Positions 51,131 to 63,885 of a DNA stretch of 64,000 nt are shown here, in pieces. Source of the stretch: Sphyrna mokarran (taxonomy: Eukaryota). Position numbers and translations under genes: made by a program. The notes under the pieces are model-generated. The model searched no databases. It was not told where the DNA came from and saw only the letters and a program-made list of their open reading frames with translations. Position 1 is the stretch's first letter; every line of letters starts with the position of its first letter. The stretch spans positions 37,882,001 to 37,946,000 of the forward strand of contig JAGIQG010000010.1 of assembly GCA_024679065.1 (NCBI GenBank), given 5' to 3'.

Positions 51131-51234
51131 GAGACTCAGTGAAGGGAAGGAGATGACTGGAAATTAACTTCCACATTCGGGTAAGTTTTAATGGTCCGTT
51201 TCTTCTAATGAATGAACATTTGTGAGGTAGTGAG

Positions 51235-51590
51235 TGAAAGAATGGGTGGGTGGGGAAGTGGGTGAGATGGGTAGGTAGGTGAAGTGGGCAGATGGATGAA
51301 TGGGATAACTGTGTCTGATTGAGGGGATTAATTATGTGGCTGTTTGGGTTTGTGAGGTGATGGGGAAATTGATTTGGAGTGGTTGGATTGGGGAGAGAGA
51401 TGGAGGAAGGGTGGGGAGAGTAGTCTGTTCCAGGTAGAATTAGCCCAGACTACATGGTTGGTGTAGTAATCACGTTGGATCAGGGTAGTCAGGGGTCAGC
51501 AGATATAGTTGTGTAGTTGGGGGTTATTCAAATAGTTAAAATGGAGTGATGGAGTCAGAGGGTTGGTGGGGGCGATGGAAGGGATTGTTT
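51235..51590 (+). repeat. G-rich degenerate tandem-like tract
   Basis: Many GGG runs, e.g. gggtgggtggggaagtggg. Confidence 0.6.
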
Positions 51591-51647
51591 GTGAAGTTAC
51601 CCAGCTGTTAGACCAAGCATTGAACTGTCTAATACTCCCTGATTAAA

Positions 51648-52243
51648 TAAAGAACAAAGAACAAAACAGCACGGGAAACAGGCCCTTTGGCCCAACGAGC
51701 CCGTGCCGCCACCTCAATGTCGCCACTTCTACCGATGATCCCTGTCTATGTTTATAGATCTATGCATTGAAACCAAATTTGAAACAATTTAGGCAGAATT
51801 TGTTCTGCCAATCAGCCTAACAGCACATCTTTGGTATGTGAGAGGAAATCGAAGCACCCAGAGAAAACCCACGCAAGCATGGGGAGAATGTGCAAACTCC
51901 CACAGACACAGGCCCAAATCCATGTATCTGCACAGCACAGCGATAGTCACTGAGCTGTCGTGTTGCCCATCAACTGTTCCAGGTCAAGCGTACAGTAACA
52001 ACATGAAGCACTAGGATACTCTCAAAAAATCCAAGAGCAGCCCTCTCACGACCTATCGCGTGTATGCCTCTTGTTAGACAACAAGGCGGACCAAAGTACC
52101 TGTAGGATAAAACAAATACATCAATATCATCGACAGTTTACACACTTCCTACGGACTCCCAAGGCTCACGATCCCTATTTTAAATCAGTTTTCTATATCC
52201 CTCCATTCCCATTCTGTTCATGTGCCCATCTAAGTATCTCTTA
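51648..52243 (-). mobile_element. SINE-tailed CR1 copy (ORF2 end, spacer, decayed HE1, tail)
   Basis: YLDGHMNRMGMEGYRKLI-stop followed by a UTR colinear with 61815-62402. Confidence 0.9.
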
Positions 52244-53974
52244 ACTAGGTATATTCTGCAGATCTGGCCCATCTCTCTGTTGCTTCGCTCCCCCTCCCCC
52301 CACAGTGAAGGGTTGGAGACATTCTTAGAGGCCCTAGGCAGCATGGAATGAGCACATTCGAAATTTAAATTTTGAGACAACTCCATCATAGGCTAGTACA
52401 TCAGGACTTTGGCAGGACTCTGCACATCTCCCAAAGCACAACACATCTGTGAGATCTAGAGACCAGAAGACTGGGTCATTTATCACCTTCATTTAATCCA
52501 TATCAATCGTTTTCTGGTTCTACTCCTATGAAGCACTTTTGGATGTTTCCCTAAGTTAAAGATGCTATATAAATGCAAGTTATTTCCAGTAGTGATATAA
52601 AAGCATCAAGTGGTTGATGGGTGTTACCTTACACTATGCAAGATCACTTACTAACTACATTGTGGACTTCTCCATATCAAATTTGTTAAATTCAGTGTGT
52701 TCCTACATCTCTGTTCTGATTTGTTATTCATATTATTTTGCCAGCAAAGGTGTCAGAATGGCCTGTGGCAGAGATCTGACTTTGCATCAAAGCAGTTGAC
52801 CTGTAAGGAATATTGAACCACGTGTACCAGCAGCAATTTCCTTCATCGTTGATTGGGCAAAAGTTTATTGGAGTGGATCTCACCACAGTCATTCTGGAAC
52901 CCATGTGATATTGATCCCATTGAAATCAAAGCCAAAAATTTAATTTCTCCTTTTCTAGCTGTCTACTTTTTTTTAAAACCATTTTCATAACCCTTGTATC
53001 TGCACACACAAATCCTTCTGCCATGATTGGCATGAAGCCACAAGAATTCTGGGTGTTCAGATAGACATAGGCCTATCCTTCTAGGCCAGATCATTACTTA
53101 ACTTCCCAATAAGCAAAATGTTCATCTGCCCAAGGCTGAAAGTCAGCTTTTCACCAAGTTCCCCATTAGAGACAACTGTAAGTTTTGAAATTAAGTACAT
53201 ATGTAAGACATAAGAGTGCTGTGACTCATAATACAGAGACATGGATCAGAATTTTACGTTGTACCATTATTCCAAAACCAGTTTTGAGATGTGGGATGTA
53301 AGTGTAAAATAGCATGGATGGGACAACATCCAGGATTCCGCTCGTTATGACCAGACACCATTTCATTGTGGGATGAATAGGGTCGTGGATAGGAAGTCTG
53401 GCCATGCCACAGTTAGGCCCATAAATAAATATTCAATGGCCTTTTCCCACCCAGTCTCAATTTTTCAACTGACAAGCATTTAATGATTGTGGGGAACAGA
53501 AAATGTCTCCATGCTCAATCTCAGATGAGAAGAGTGAGGGGTATTCCTGCATCAGAAGGTCTCTTCAAACTGGAGTGTATGCTTTCATTACAACCCAGAG
53601 ATTTCCAGCATTCCTCCAGATCCTCAAACCCTACACTCCCCATCCCATGACTCCTGATACCTCCCAGAACTGCCATTCCTGGGACTTTGTCTCAGGCACA
53701 TCACTGCCGTACCTCTTCCACACACACTGCAGTGCTGTGTCTGGATGAGCTGGAGATCTGTGGGCCAACCTAATTTTTAGTATTAAAAAAAGTTAATTAT
53801 TCAATGAATTAAGAGAAAACAAAAACCTGGCAAAAACATTAATTTATTTATTTATCAATGATATATACAGGCTGGCAAAAAATTGCACCTATGGAATATT
53901 AAGGGACTAACTGATTTGTGATTTCATAATAGTTGGGGTTGAAAATGGCCCAAACAGATCTTTTACAAATGATA

Positions 53975-54210
53975 GAAGTCAGAGTCATAGAGGTTTATAG
54001 CAGGGAAACAGGCCCTTCAGCCCAACTTGTCCATGCCACCCTTTTTTCTTTTTAAACCCCTAAACTTATCCCAATTACCAGCATTTGGCCCATATCTCTC
54101 AATATCCATTTTATCCATGTAACTATCCAAATGCTTTTTAAAAGACAAAATTGTACTCACCTCTATTTCTACCTCTAGCAGCTTGTTCCAAACACTCACC
54201 ACTCTCTGTG
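53975..54210 (-). mobile_element. CR1 3' fragment
   Basis: QRVVSVWNKL...FKKHLDSYM. Confidence 0.85.
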
Positions 54211-54599
54211 AACTGTTCAAATGTAGGACAGAAGGGGGAAAATGCACCAAAAGCAAAAGCCCAGGAAAATGGAAGAAAAAATGAAAAAGTCACCTTGAAA
54301 TGTCTCGTTTTAACTCTCTCGAGGGGAGGGGGTAGTGTTCTATAACTGAGGGACGTTAGGACATTTTAAAACTGCTATTCCAAATACATATGAACTGCAA
54401 AATAAAAGAAACACCAAAGCCAAACCACATACAAGTAGTGTAAAAACCACAGAAAAAGCCAATAACTTTCCTCATAAGTATGCAAACAGTAAAATAAATA
54501 CTGGAGCATTTAATTAGAAGTGGACGATCACCTCAGAGTTTTAAATTTAACAAGATGCTGGTATTTCAATCTTATCACATGAAGTAAGTATTTTAATTG

Positions 54600-55170
54600 T
54601 ATTATATCATAACTTAGCCATTATCCATTCGCCATGATCCAGGTGGGACTACATTGAAAATCATGTGACAAGACTTGGCAAAATTAACATATGATGATGG
54701 AAAAGTACATCACACAGATCCAAGAAGCATTGTTATTAAGCAGGAAAACATGCTTCCATTTGAAGTTGATGATGTTGCTAGAGAGAAATACAGTAGCACA
54801 TTGGAGAATGAATTGCTTACATACTTGAAAACTGAATATCATGTTACCTAAGAACTGATGCTAAGTCAATTTACCTCTTTACACCAAAGGAGATCCCACA
54901 CCCACTCTTAGACAATATTAAGGATGAAACATTTGCTACAGTGATGGGGAGAAGGATGGAGTGCCAATTAGTTCATTTAGAACCTATGTAGCTTTGACTC
55001 AACTAAACAAATCAGTGGAACATGAGATCCGTCAAATGGTTTCAGTGGATGAAAATCTTGCCAAACTAATTAAAAGTAGCCTTAGATATCCAAAATTAAA
55101 TTTGGATATGGTAGTTGCCTCTGAACAAAGAATGCCGACGGCTGACCATCTATGTATTAATGGATACAGC
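54600..55170 (+). mobile_element. Gypsy element A, RT N-terminal part
   Basis: YVALTQLNKSVEHEIRQMVSVDENLAKL and PLNKECRRLT motifs. Confidence 0.7.
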
Positions 55171-55934
55171 CTGCAAGCTGAAACCTACCCATATTGGCCC
55201 ACCAAACATTTCTAAAATCATGCTGAATTTTTATATTAAAAATCCATTTAAATTAATAAATGGTGTGAATTTTATGGTCTGCAATTTTTTTCCAATCCCA
55301 GTATAAATCCACGGTTAATTCAGAAATACAGCTGTTTTCATTGATACGATACTGTAGTGAGGTTGGGCAGAGTTTGTGGTGGTGAGGCAGTACAACTAAC
55401 CTCACATATGCACACACAGCTTTGCTGCCATTTTAGCATAATGTGTTGTCAGCAGTAACTATTAGTTTCTCTTGGGCATGCAGTTTAGGCCTACATCACT
55501 TCTAACTAGAAGTCATTCATAAATGTATTTGTGCATACGTAGATATGTTGCAGAATTACTTGCAATATAAAAATATAGTTAACCATATCAATGAACAGAA
55601 AAGTAGATCAAGAATGCAATGCACTTAAACAAATGGCAACACATTTTTTTTACTGAAGCAAATGCAAAAGATTTATTCTTAATTTGTTTGCAAACAGTAT
55701 CTGTTGCCAAAGAAAACAACATTAAAAGTCACTATGAATCATGCCACATTGATATATGTGGCAAAAACACAGGCAAACTAAGAGAAGAAAAGTTGGCAGA
55801 ATTGGAACAGTCGTTAAAAAAGCAACAATGTGTGTTTAAAAATGTGTATAACATAAGTGACAACGTAGCAAAATCAAAATTCAAGTTGCTGTTGGAATTA
55901 CAGTTTTTTCAAAGCCATTTTCCGAGAGAGTACT

Positions 55935-58455
55935 AGGATTAGTCCCTTTAAAAGGTGTTGTCCGAGGGAAGAATTGTATCACTCACTAGTCCAAAGGTAT
56001 CAGGGACAGTGTTGGTCATTCATTAGGACATGTTGAGACTTGTCACAGCTGTGAAGAATTGCTCAAAAATTGAGAGGGCCTAGCTGTTATCCGTGCCTTC
56101 AAAAAATTCCATCAACATCTATATATGAGACATTTCATTTCAGTGATAGATGGGGGTTGTTCATATTTTATTTATTTTGTTTATTCAGTAATGTCACAAG
56201 TAGGCTTACATTGACACTGCAGTGAAGTTACTTTGAAATTCCTCTAGTCACCACACTCTGGCGCCTGTTTGGGTACACTGAGGAAGAATTTAGCATGGCC
56301 TATGCATCTAACTAGTATGTCTTTCGGATTCCAGAGGAAACCCATGCAGACATGGGGAGAATGTTCAAGCTTCAAACAGTGACTCAAGCCGGGAATCGAA
56401 CTGAAGTTTCTGGCACTGTGAAGCAATAGTGTCAAACAGGTGGTATCTCAACCATTAGACAAGAAGCTTTGGGTTTGAGTCCAAAGCCAGGACTTTGTTG
56501 GCCTTAGAAGAAGTATTCAACATGGTTCCATAGGCTGATGAAATCCTCCATTTCTTCAGTATTGCCCAGATGGTAAAAAAACAGTGAAGGTATAAGATGT
56601 GAAGATACACATAAGTGACAGACCACAAGCCATTTTGGGTTTACACTAGGAAGATAAGGTGATTCCAGTAATAGCTTCAGCCTCAAAATATCATTGGGTA
56701 TTGTTGTCATCAGCTTATGAGTATACCATTAACACTGCACGTGGACGCAAATAGCTAATGCAGATGCCCTGAATCATATTCCTTTGCCAGAGATGGTGTA
56801 TTCCTCTGCACTGCCAGGAAATATAAGAATGATGATGAATTTTATGGTCTCTTTGTCTTTTTCAGTTCAACAGATTAAGTACTGGACTAACAGAGACCCA
56901 TTGCTTTCAGAGATAAAACAGATGATATATGGGTGACAGAGAGACAGGTGCAGAGGAAATGAAGCCTTACCAGATCAGGAACAATGAGTTTCATTGTGAG
57001 GATATCATCCTCCAGGGATTGAGAGTGGTCATCTCCAGTCCAGGAAGAGTTATTACTGGAAGAGTTACACAGTTCTCATTTGAGTGTGTCTAAAATGAAG
57101 AAGATCACAAAAAGCTATGTGTAGTGGCCTGGCATTGGTACTGCAGTTGAAAGAATGGTAAAGCATTACCATCAGTGCCTGTTTCATCAGAAGCTATTTG
57201 CCACTGCTCCATTACATTCATGGGAATGACCAGGTCAACCATAAGTTAGGGTCCTTGTTGACCATGAGGGACTGTTTATGGGCACGATGTTTTTGTTATT
57301 GGTAGATGTCCAGTCAAAGTGGATGAAGGCATTTAAGATGAAAACCACAACTGCTATGCCACAGTTGAGAAGTTATGCTAGTGTTTTGCAATCGATGAGG
57401 TACCAGAAATCCTCAATTCAGACAATGGAATGGCTTTTACTGGTGCCGAATTTCAGAAGTTCATGACTTTTAATGTAATGAAACATCAGAATGGCACTGG
57501 ACCATCCTTCGTCGATAGACTGGCTGAGAGACTAGTTCGGATTTTCATTGTTGACTTGAAGGAGCAACAATTAGCATCTTTAAACACTGAGTTGCTGAGG
57601 TTCCTGCTACCGTATGGGATCACCTGCAGATGCCTACTAAAGGTTCTCTAGCTGAGCTGCTGAGGAGTCATCAGTTGAGGGCAAAGTTAAGCCTGGCAGC
57701 CCCAAACTTAGCAAGGAGGATGGAGACACACCAGAAAAGCCAGAAGAGGATCTACAATTCATCTAAAAGGGCAAGAGCACGTGAGATAGAAGATCCAGTA
57801 TTTGTGAAGAATTTCAGTAATGGAGCAAATTGGTTTGAAGAGCTGTTGTGACAAGAACAGGAACATTGTCCCATAGGGTTAAAGTACAGGACAAGATTTT
57901 AAAGAAATGTGTAACCTATTTGCATGGGCGAGAACTGTCCAAACAGCCAATGTTACTTCCTGATCCAAATGTGCCAGCAGGAATTATTGTGGGTTTCCTG
58001 ATGAGTGAATTGTCAGATCAGCCAGTAACAGGCTGATATTGCCCAGGAAACCGAGGAAGGTGAAACATCGGTACAAGAAGGGAATCTTTGTGAAATAAGG
58101 CCAACAGTAACTAACTCAATAGAAAAACCTCAGTCACTGGAGCTATATAATTCTATGAGAAAGACAAAGTCACCAGACAGACTGATTATTGATGGACTGA
58201 GTTAAAACTATTCATTTTCATTCATGTTTTGGAATTATAAATTTAATTATTCCACTGGAAAATAAGGGACTTAAAGGGGGAGGGATGTAATAGCTAACCA
58301 TTTTAAGGAGCAGTCTCTGAGGTTGGAGTCATGTGACCCAGCCACTCCGGGACAGAGCTGGAAAATCACTGGAACATGTTGGAACTCACCCCAGCAGTTG
58401 GATGCTGGAGCTGAGTATGAAAAAACTGTTTAAATCACTCTATAACTAGTTGTAA
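55935..58455 (+). mobile_element. Gypsy element B (RNase H, integrase, PPT, 3' LTR)
   Basis: EREGLAVI..KKFHQ, TDHKP, ADAL, MFLLLVDVQSKW; polypurine tract aaagggggaggga then LTR starting tgtaa at about 58286. Confidence 0.85.
56165..56435 (-). mobile_element. tRNA-derived V-SINE (same family as 3540)
   Basis: Reverse tail gtcacaagtaggcttacattgacactgcagtgaagttac. Confidence 0.85.
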
Positions 58456-58459
58456 TATT

Positions 58460-58600
58460 CCAAAGATGTGTAGATTAGGTGGATTAGCCATTATAAATGT
58501 GCAGAGTTAAGGGGATAAGTTGGGTGGGGAGTTCGTTTAGAGATTTCTAGACTGAATGATCTGGGTAGCTGCCTTCCGCGCTGTAGGTGTTCCATGGTAA
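58460..58600 (+). mobile_element. HE1 SINE 3' half
   Basis: tccaaagatgtgtagattaggtggattagcc. Confidence 0.7.
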
Positions 58601-59289
58601 TAAATTATCGTATTGTGTAAGTTAACTCGTGTAAGTTAAATTGAAGTTATTATGTGTATGTAAAAAAAAATGCAGGATGAAAGCTGCAAACATTGAATAC
58701 CCGGGAAAGCAGCAGCGTTTTCAAAATACTAGTGTTTTAAGAAACACGGTCGCTGACAGAATTTGTGAATGACCAGGAAATTTGACAAATCAATTCCAGG
58801 TTAAAGTGAAAACCTCGACAATCTTTTCAATAGTAATGACAAAAGCACAGAGCTTTGTGACATAGCACCTTTGGTTGTGTTTATTGGTAGTACTGATGAA
58901 AATATTATGACGGAAGAATTGGAGTTAATGCCAATGAAGAGTACTATCAAGGGGAAGGATTTTTTTAATAGTGTAGATATGACATTTGATAAATTAGGTG
59001 TGGATTGAGGTTGGGTAATGAGCATTGCAACAGGTGGAACACAGTCTATCGTGGGTAGAAAGGCAAGAATAGCTGCAAAAATTCTTAAAAATCTAGATAG
59101 TGAGTTCTGTGTATTTCATTGCATTTTGCACCAAAAAGTAAAAATCTAGATATGGAACATGTCATGAATATTCATATAAAAATAACTTATTTGACCTGCT
59201 GCCCTTGATTACTGAAAATTCAATTAGTTAATTCATGAAGCTACATAACTATGCTGAAATGTGATGGCTGAGTTGCGAGATGGAAAAAT

Positions 59290-60470
59290 ACTGCAATTGA
59301 AAAGGAAGCATTGGCAACAATTTAGGTGTGCAAAAGTTTCTTGGACTACATGATAGGATTGTCTTTTAAAGTTGAAACCAACCATAAGCTGTTGGTCACT
59401 CCTCCAAACATGGTGGAGATTACAAAGATACTACCTCGAATTCAATCCCTGAGACTGATATTAATGAGATATGGCACTGTTCATGTTCAAGGAAAATACC
59501 AGGTGATTGCAGATGCACTACCAAAAGTACAAGTTGAAGGAAGATTTGAATTCCATTGATGGCAGAGAATCATATACTTCATTCATTACCAAAAACTTAC
59601 TTGTCACTGAAAAGGATTCCAGAAGACTATATAAACATAAGAACAAGAGAAAAAATATATACAAATAATGGCAAAGTACAAGAAAGGATGGTGCTGTGTA
59701 TGGGGTGCAGCAGAACGAGTTACCTGATTTGAGGGATCAACGGAAACTGAAAGTGAATGATCACATCAGGTGTCTTCTCTCAGGCAGAATCATTAAGCAG
59801 CCATGTAAAGACTGGAGCTCTGATTTATGGCAGCCCAGGACTGGAACCCTCCTGTACCTAAGTTTTTCTTATTCAATAAGTATCTTCCTTGCTCCTAACA
59901 AAGTGTGAAACATCTCCTAACAATTCCAGAAGTGCCAGCAACACACCAAATATATAATAGATGGCTAGATTATTATTGTTATAATGCCAGTATTTCAAAT
60001 AGAGAAAGCATCTCACAATTATTGATAATTTCTTAGTTTTATAGCAGTCTATTCAAAATAGGAAAAAGATCTAGAGCCACTCAGGAATAGTACGCTCCGA
60101 CTGAATGAAGAGAAAGTACAGAAATTCCTTGACTTGAGAAAGAGATCAGGAGAATATCAGGGATATTAGCCAAGGCACATCAAAGGCTGACCCTCTGAAG
60201 TCTGAGACTTTGTGGGAGGATGTAAGAGGATGTATATAATCAGGATAAAGACTTGGAGGAGAAGTAGAGGAGGGTTAACATCAGAAGCATTTCATGCAAC
60301 TAAAATGTAATGACATATGACCAAGTAACAAGTCTCGTGATGAAAACAGTCCAGTTTTGAGCAGAATTTCGAAGATGTACATACAGCTGTAAGTAAATGA
60401 TAGTGGTTTTAACAAACTACAGTCTGGAGTAGCTTTCTTAGGGAAAATAGGTAAAACTCAAAGAACCTCA
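59290..60470 (+). mobile_element. Gypsy element A continuation (RNase H, probable 3' LTR)
   Basis: ORF 59326..59559 contains DYMIGLSFKVETNHK, PRIQ..RL.LMRY, IADAL; gggagga-tgta PPT/LTR-like junction near 60213. Confidence 0.7.
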
Positions 60471-61444
60471 TCTACATCCTGAACACAAACAAAACAGGAA
60501 GGCTTCAAATACTGAGGGCGAAATGTTCCTGTCCCATCCACCACAGAAATCTTAGTGGGCAGGACAGGACCATGCAAAGATCTCTCCCTGAAACTTAATA
60601 GCTGCAGGCATGCAAAAGTTAGAAACTTTTAAGCATGCACTTTCACTACTACATAGGAAATGTTCAACTTCTTGGAAATGTTAGGAACAGAGCAGAGATA
60701 TGGACTAATTGTTCATTGTTTTCCAGCTCTCGACTCACTGTAACAAGATGTATTTTTGAAAAAATGTAACCTCTTGAGATTTGTTACTTTCAAGCATAAG
60801 CATGAGACAGATTTCCTAAGTTTAAATCAAAAGAAAGAATTGATGTTTAACAACAGCCAAAAATATACACAACCAACACCACTCCTTACTCACACACACA
60901 CATTCATCGTCAGAGTGTGAAGTTTGGCATTAAAAGTATTATGCCACTCAACTCTCCTGCTTCCCTGAGGTCCTTGACCATTTTGAGGAACATGTTACAC
61001 AACAGTTTGCAGTTCCTGACCTGCTACCAACCTTCCCACGCATATACGTGTGTTTAGATAACATTTGGCCCACAATGTCAGTTTTACATTCCTGCAGTAA
61101 ATTGAAATTGATCCCTGCTGTGTTTTGGATTAGATCTTAAGCTAAGATCTCATCTGCCTGCTTAATTAGATGTCAAAAATTCTGTTGCACTATTCAAAAA
61201 ACAAGCAAGTTTGCCTGATAACTAAACAAATATTCCATCTTCAAATGGTAGTGTTTTTTTTTTGTTTTACTAGTGATTCTCCTGCTCATTTGCTTTCCAT
61301 GGTATATTGATGTATCCAGATTGTCATATTTATGTACAATTGCAATGTGTCTTTTACTTATTTTATTTATTACGGGCAATAAATGTCACTGTCACTGATT
61401 CTTGCAAGAATGGTCATGCAGCCAAGCTTCAATAGACCTTTATA

Positions 61445-61760
61445 CTTTATGGTCAGTATAGTGCTTAGCTCTGCTGGCTCACATGCCAGGAATCTGGGAT
61501 CAATTCTGGCCTTAGGTGACTGTCCCTTTATGGAGATTGCACACTCTCCCCGTGTCTGTGTGGGTTTCCTCCAGGTGCTTACCATTTCCTCCTGCAGTCC
61601 AAAGATGTGCAGGTTAAGTGGATTGGCTATGCTAAATTGACCATTAGTTTTAGGAGAAATAGCTGGGTTATGTATTGGGGATAGGGTCTGGGTGGGATTG
61701 TTGTCAATACAGATTTAATGGGCCACATGGCTTCCTTGTGCATTGAAAGGATTCTATGTG
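61445..61760 (+). mobile_element. HE1 SINE
   Basis: V-domain ttgcacactctccccgtgtctgtgtgggtttcctcc and CR1-type tail. Confidence 0.88.
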
Positions 61761-61814
61761 TTTATTTTCAACAAAACAAGATGAAGTTTAATCTTTAAAC
61801 ATTTATTTTTAATA

Positions 61815-62960
61815 CAAGAACAAAACAGCATGGGAAACAGGTCCTTCGGCTCAATGAGCCCACGCCGCCACCCTGATGTTCCCACCTCTACCCGTGATGC
61901 CTGTCTGTGTTTATAGATCTATGGATTAAAAACCGAATTTGAGACAATTTAGGGAGAATTTGTTTTGCCAATTAGCCTAAGAGCTCATCTTTGGGATGTG
62001 GGAGGAAACCAGAGCACCCGGAGAAAACCCATGCAAGCACGGGGAAAATGTGCAAACTCCCACAGGCACAGGCCCAAATCCATGTATCTGCACAGCACAG
62101 CGATAGTCACTGAGCTGTCGTGTTGCCCATCAAATGGTCCAGGTCAAGCGAACACTAACGACGTGAAGCACTAGATACTCTTGAAAAATCCAAGAGCAGC
62201 CCTCTCACGACCCATTGCATGTATGCCCCTTGTTAGACAACAAGGTGGATCGAAGCACCTGTGGGATAAAAACAAGTACATCAATATCATCATCTATTTA
62301 CACACTTCCCAGGGACTCCCAAGGCTCATGATCCCTATTTTAAATCAGTTTTCTATACCCCTCCATTCCCATTCTGTTCATGTGCCCATCTAAGTATTTC
62401 TTAAATAACTCCAGAGTACCTGCCTCCACCACTTTACTTGGCAGCGCATTCCATACCCCCACCACCTCTGTGTGAAAAAACTCCCTCTAGCATCCAAATT
62501 ATACCTTACCCCCCTCACCCTAAGCTCGTGACCCCTCGTGCTATTTGAGTCCATCCTAGGAAAAAGCTTAACCCTGTTTACTCTATCTATACCCCTCATA
62601 ATCTTGTACACCTCTATTAGATCTCCTCTAAGTCTACGTCTTTCTAAGGAAAACAGTCCCAATTTGCCTAATCTCTCCTCGTAACTCAGACCTTCCATAC
62701 CAGGCAGCATCCTGGTAAACCTCCTCTGCACTCTCTCCAGAGTCTCCACGTCTTTCCGGTAGTAAGGCGACCAGAACTGGACGCAGTATTCCAAATGAGG
62801 TCTAACCAACGTTTTATACAACTGCAACATTAAAGGCCAGCTCTTGTACTCTATACCCCTTCCTATAAAGGCTAGCATACTATATGCTTTCTTCACAACC
62901 TTCTCCACCTGCTCTGCCACCTTCAGAGACTTGTGCACCTGCACCCCCAGGTCTCTCTGC
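61815..62960 (-). mobile_element. SINE-tailed CR1 with ORF2 C-terminus
   Basis: ORF with RPHLEYCVQFWSP, RFTRMLPG contiguous with the same ~590-bp region as 51648-52243. Confidence 0.93.
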
Positions 62961-63190
62961 CTCTCAGCATCCATCTTGTCAAGTCCTCTCAGAACCTTAC
63001 ATGTTTCAATAAGATCACCTCTCATTCTTCTAAATTCCATGGAGTACAGGCTGAATTAGAAAACCTTTTGGTTAATAAGGGAGTGAAAGGCTATGAGGGG
63101 CTGGCTGGGAAGTGGAGTTAGATCAATAATGATATTATTGAATGGTAGAACAAGCTTGTTCTACCTGCCCCTAGTGTCAAGTTCTTATTT
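62960..63190. mobile_element. Two back-to-back older CR1 fragments (minus 62960-63055, plus 63055-63190)
   Basis: MEFRRMRGDLIET on the minus strand; KGVKGY and 3' UTR on the plus strand. Confidence 0.7.
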
Positions 63191-63669
63191 TTTTTGAATA
63201 TTAACAACTACAATACAACTGGTTCTAAGCAAATTTACAAACAAATCAATCTATATACATATGAATTCCATAATTTCATCAGGTAGCAAAAATGAGTATA
63301 ATGGGTGTCCACTACAAAAGCAGTGGTTTCATTTCTACTGCTGGGAAATCAATGAAATGTTGTTAGTGACGATCATTGGAAAAAGAACTTTAATTTCAAA
63401 TCACCAGGACATCTATCCCTTTTGATTGTGATGCTGAAAATATATTCTGTCAGCAGAAAAAAATCTTTCATAATCTTACTGTTTTGGAAAGTTGTTTACT
63501 TATTACATTATCCTATTTCAAAGGCCCATCTCAATTCAATAGTATTGAAACATAAGCAGGTACTTTAGTTCTTCGAGAAGCAATTTTCTATTAGCAATCC
63601 TGATAGAAAATAAATGCCAGAACTTCAGCAGAACACATACTGCTATAACTCATTGGAAAACAAGAACTT

Positions 63670-63885
63670 GTAGCATTTACATGTTCTCCCCATGTCTGCA
63701 TGTGTTTCCTCCATCTGCTCTGGTTTCCTCCTTACAATCCAAAGATATGCTGGTTAGATGTATTGGCCAATGGAAATGTGTGGGATTACAAGAATACAAA
63801 GATAGGGGTGTGAGCATGGGTAAGATGCCCCTTTGGAGACTTGGTGCAAACTCAATGGGTCTAATGGCTTCCAGCATAACATCTA
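63670..63885 (+). mobile_element. 5'-truncated HE1 SINE
   Basis: V-domain atgttctccccatgtctgcatgtgtttcctcc. Confidence 0.8.

Larger units (their letters stand above)
55170..59290 (+). mobile_element. hAT (Charlie/GTF2IRD2-like) transposase pseudogene split by Gypsy B
   Basis: N-terminal RKVDQEC...LICLQTVSVAKENNIKSHY (55590-55934); resumes near 58660 with RNTVADRI, TEELELMPMK, HCILHQ, YAEM*WLS. Confidence 0.85.

Noticed and set aside
55590-55936. Domesticated GTF2IRD2/EPM2AIP1-like gene
   Set aside because: Frameshifts, stops and a Gypsy insertion indicate a dead transposon
62390-63040. 216-aa ORF as a single gene
   Set aside because: Accidental in-frame fusion of two CR1 fragments (GDLIE motif appears twice)
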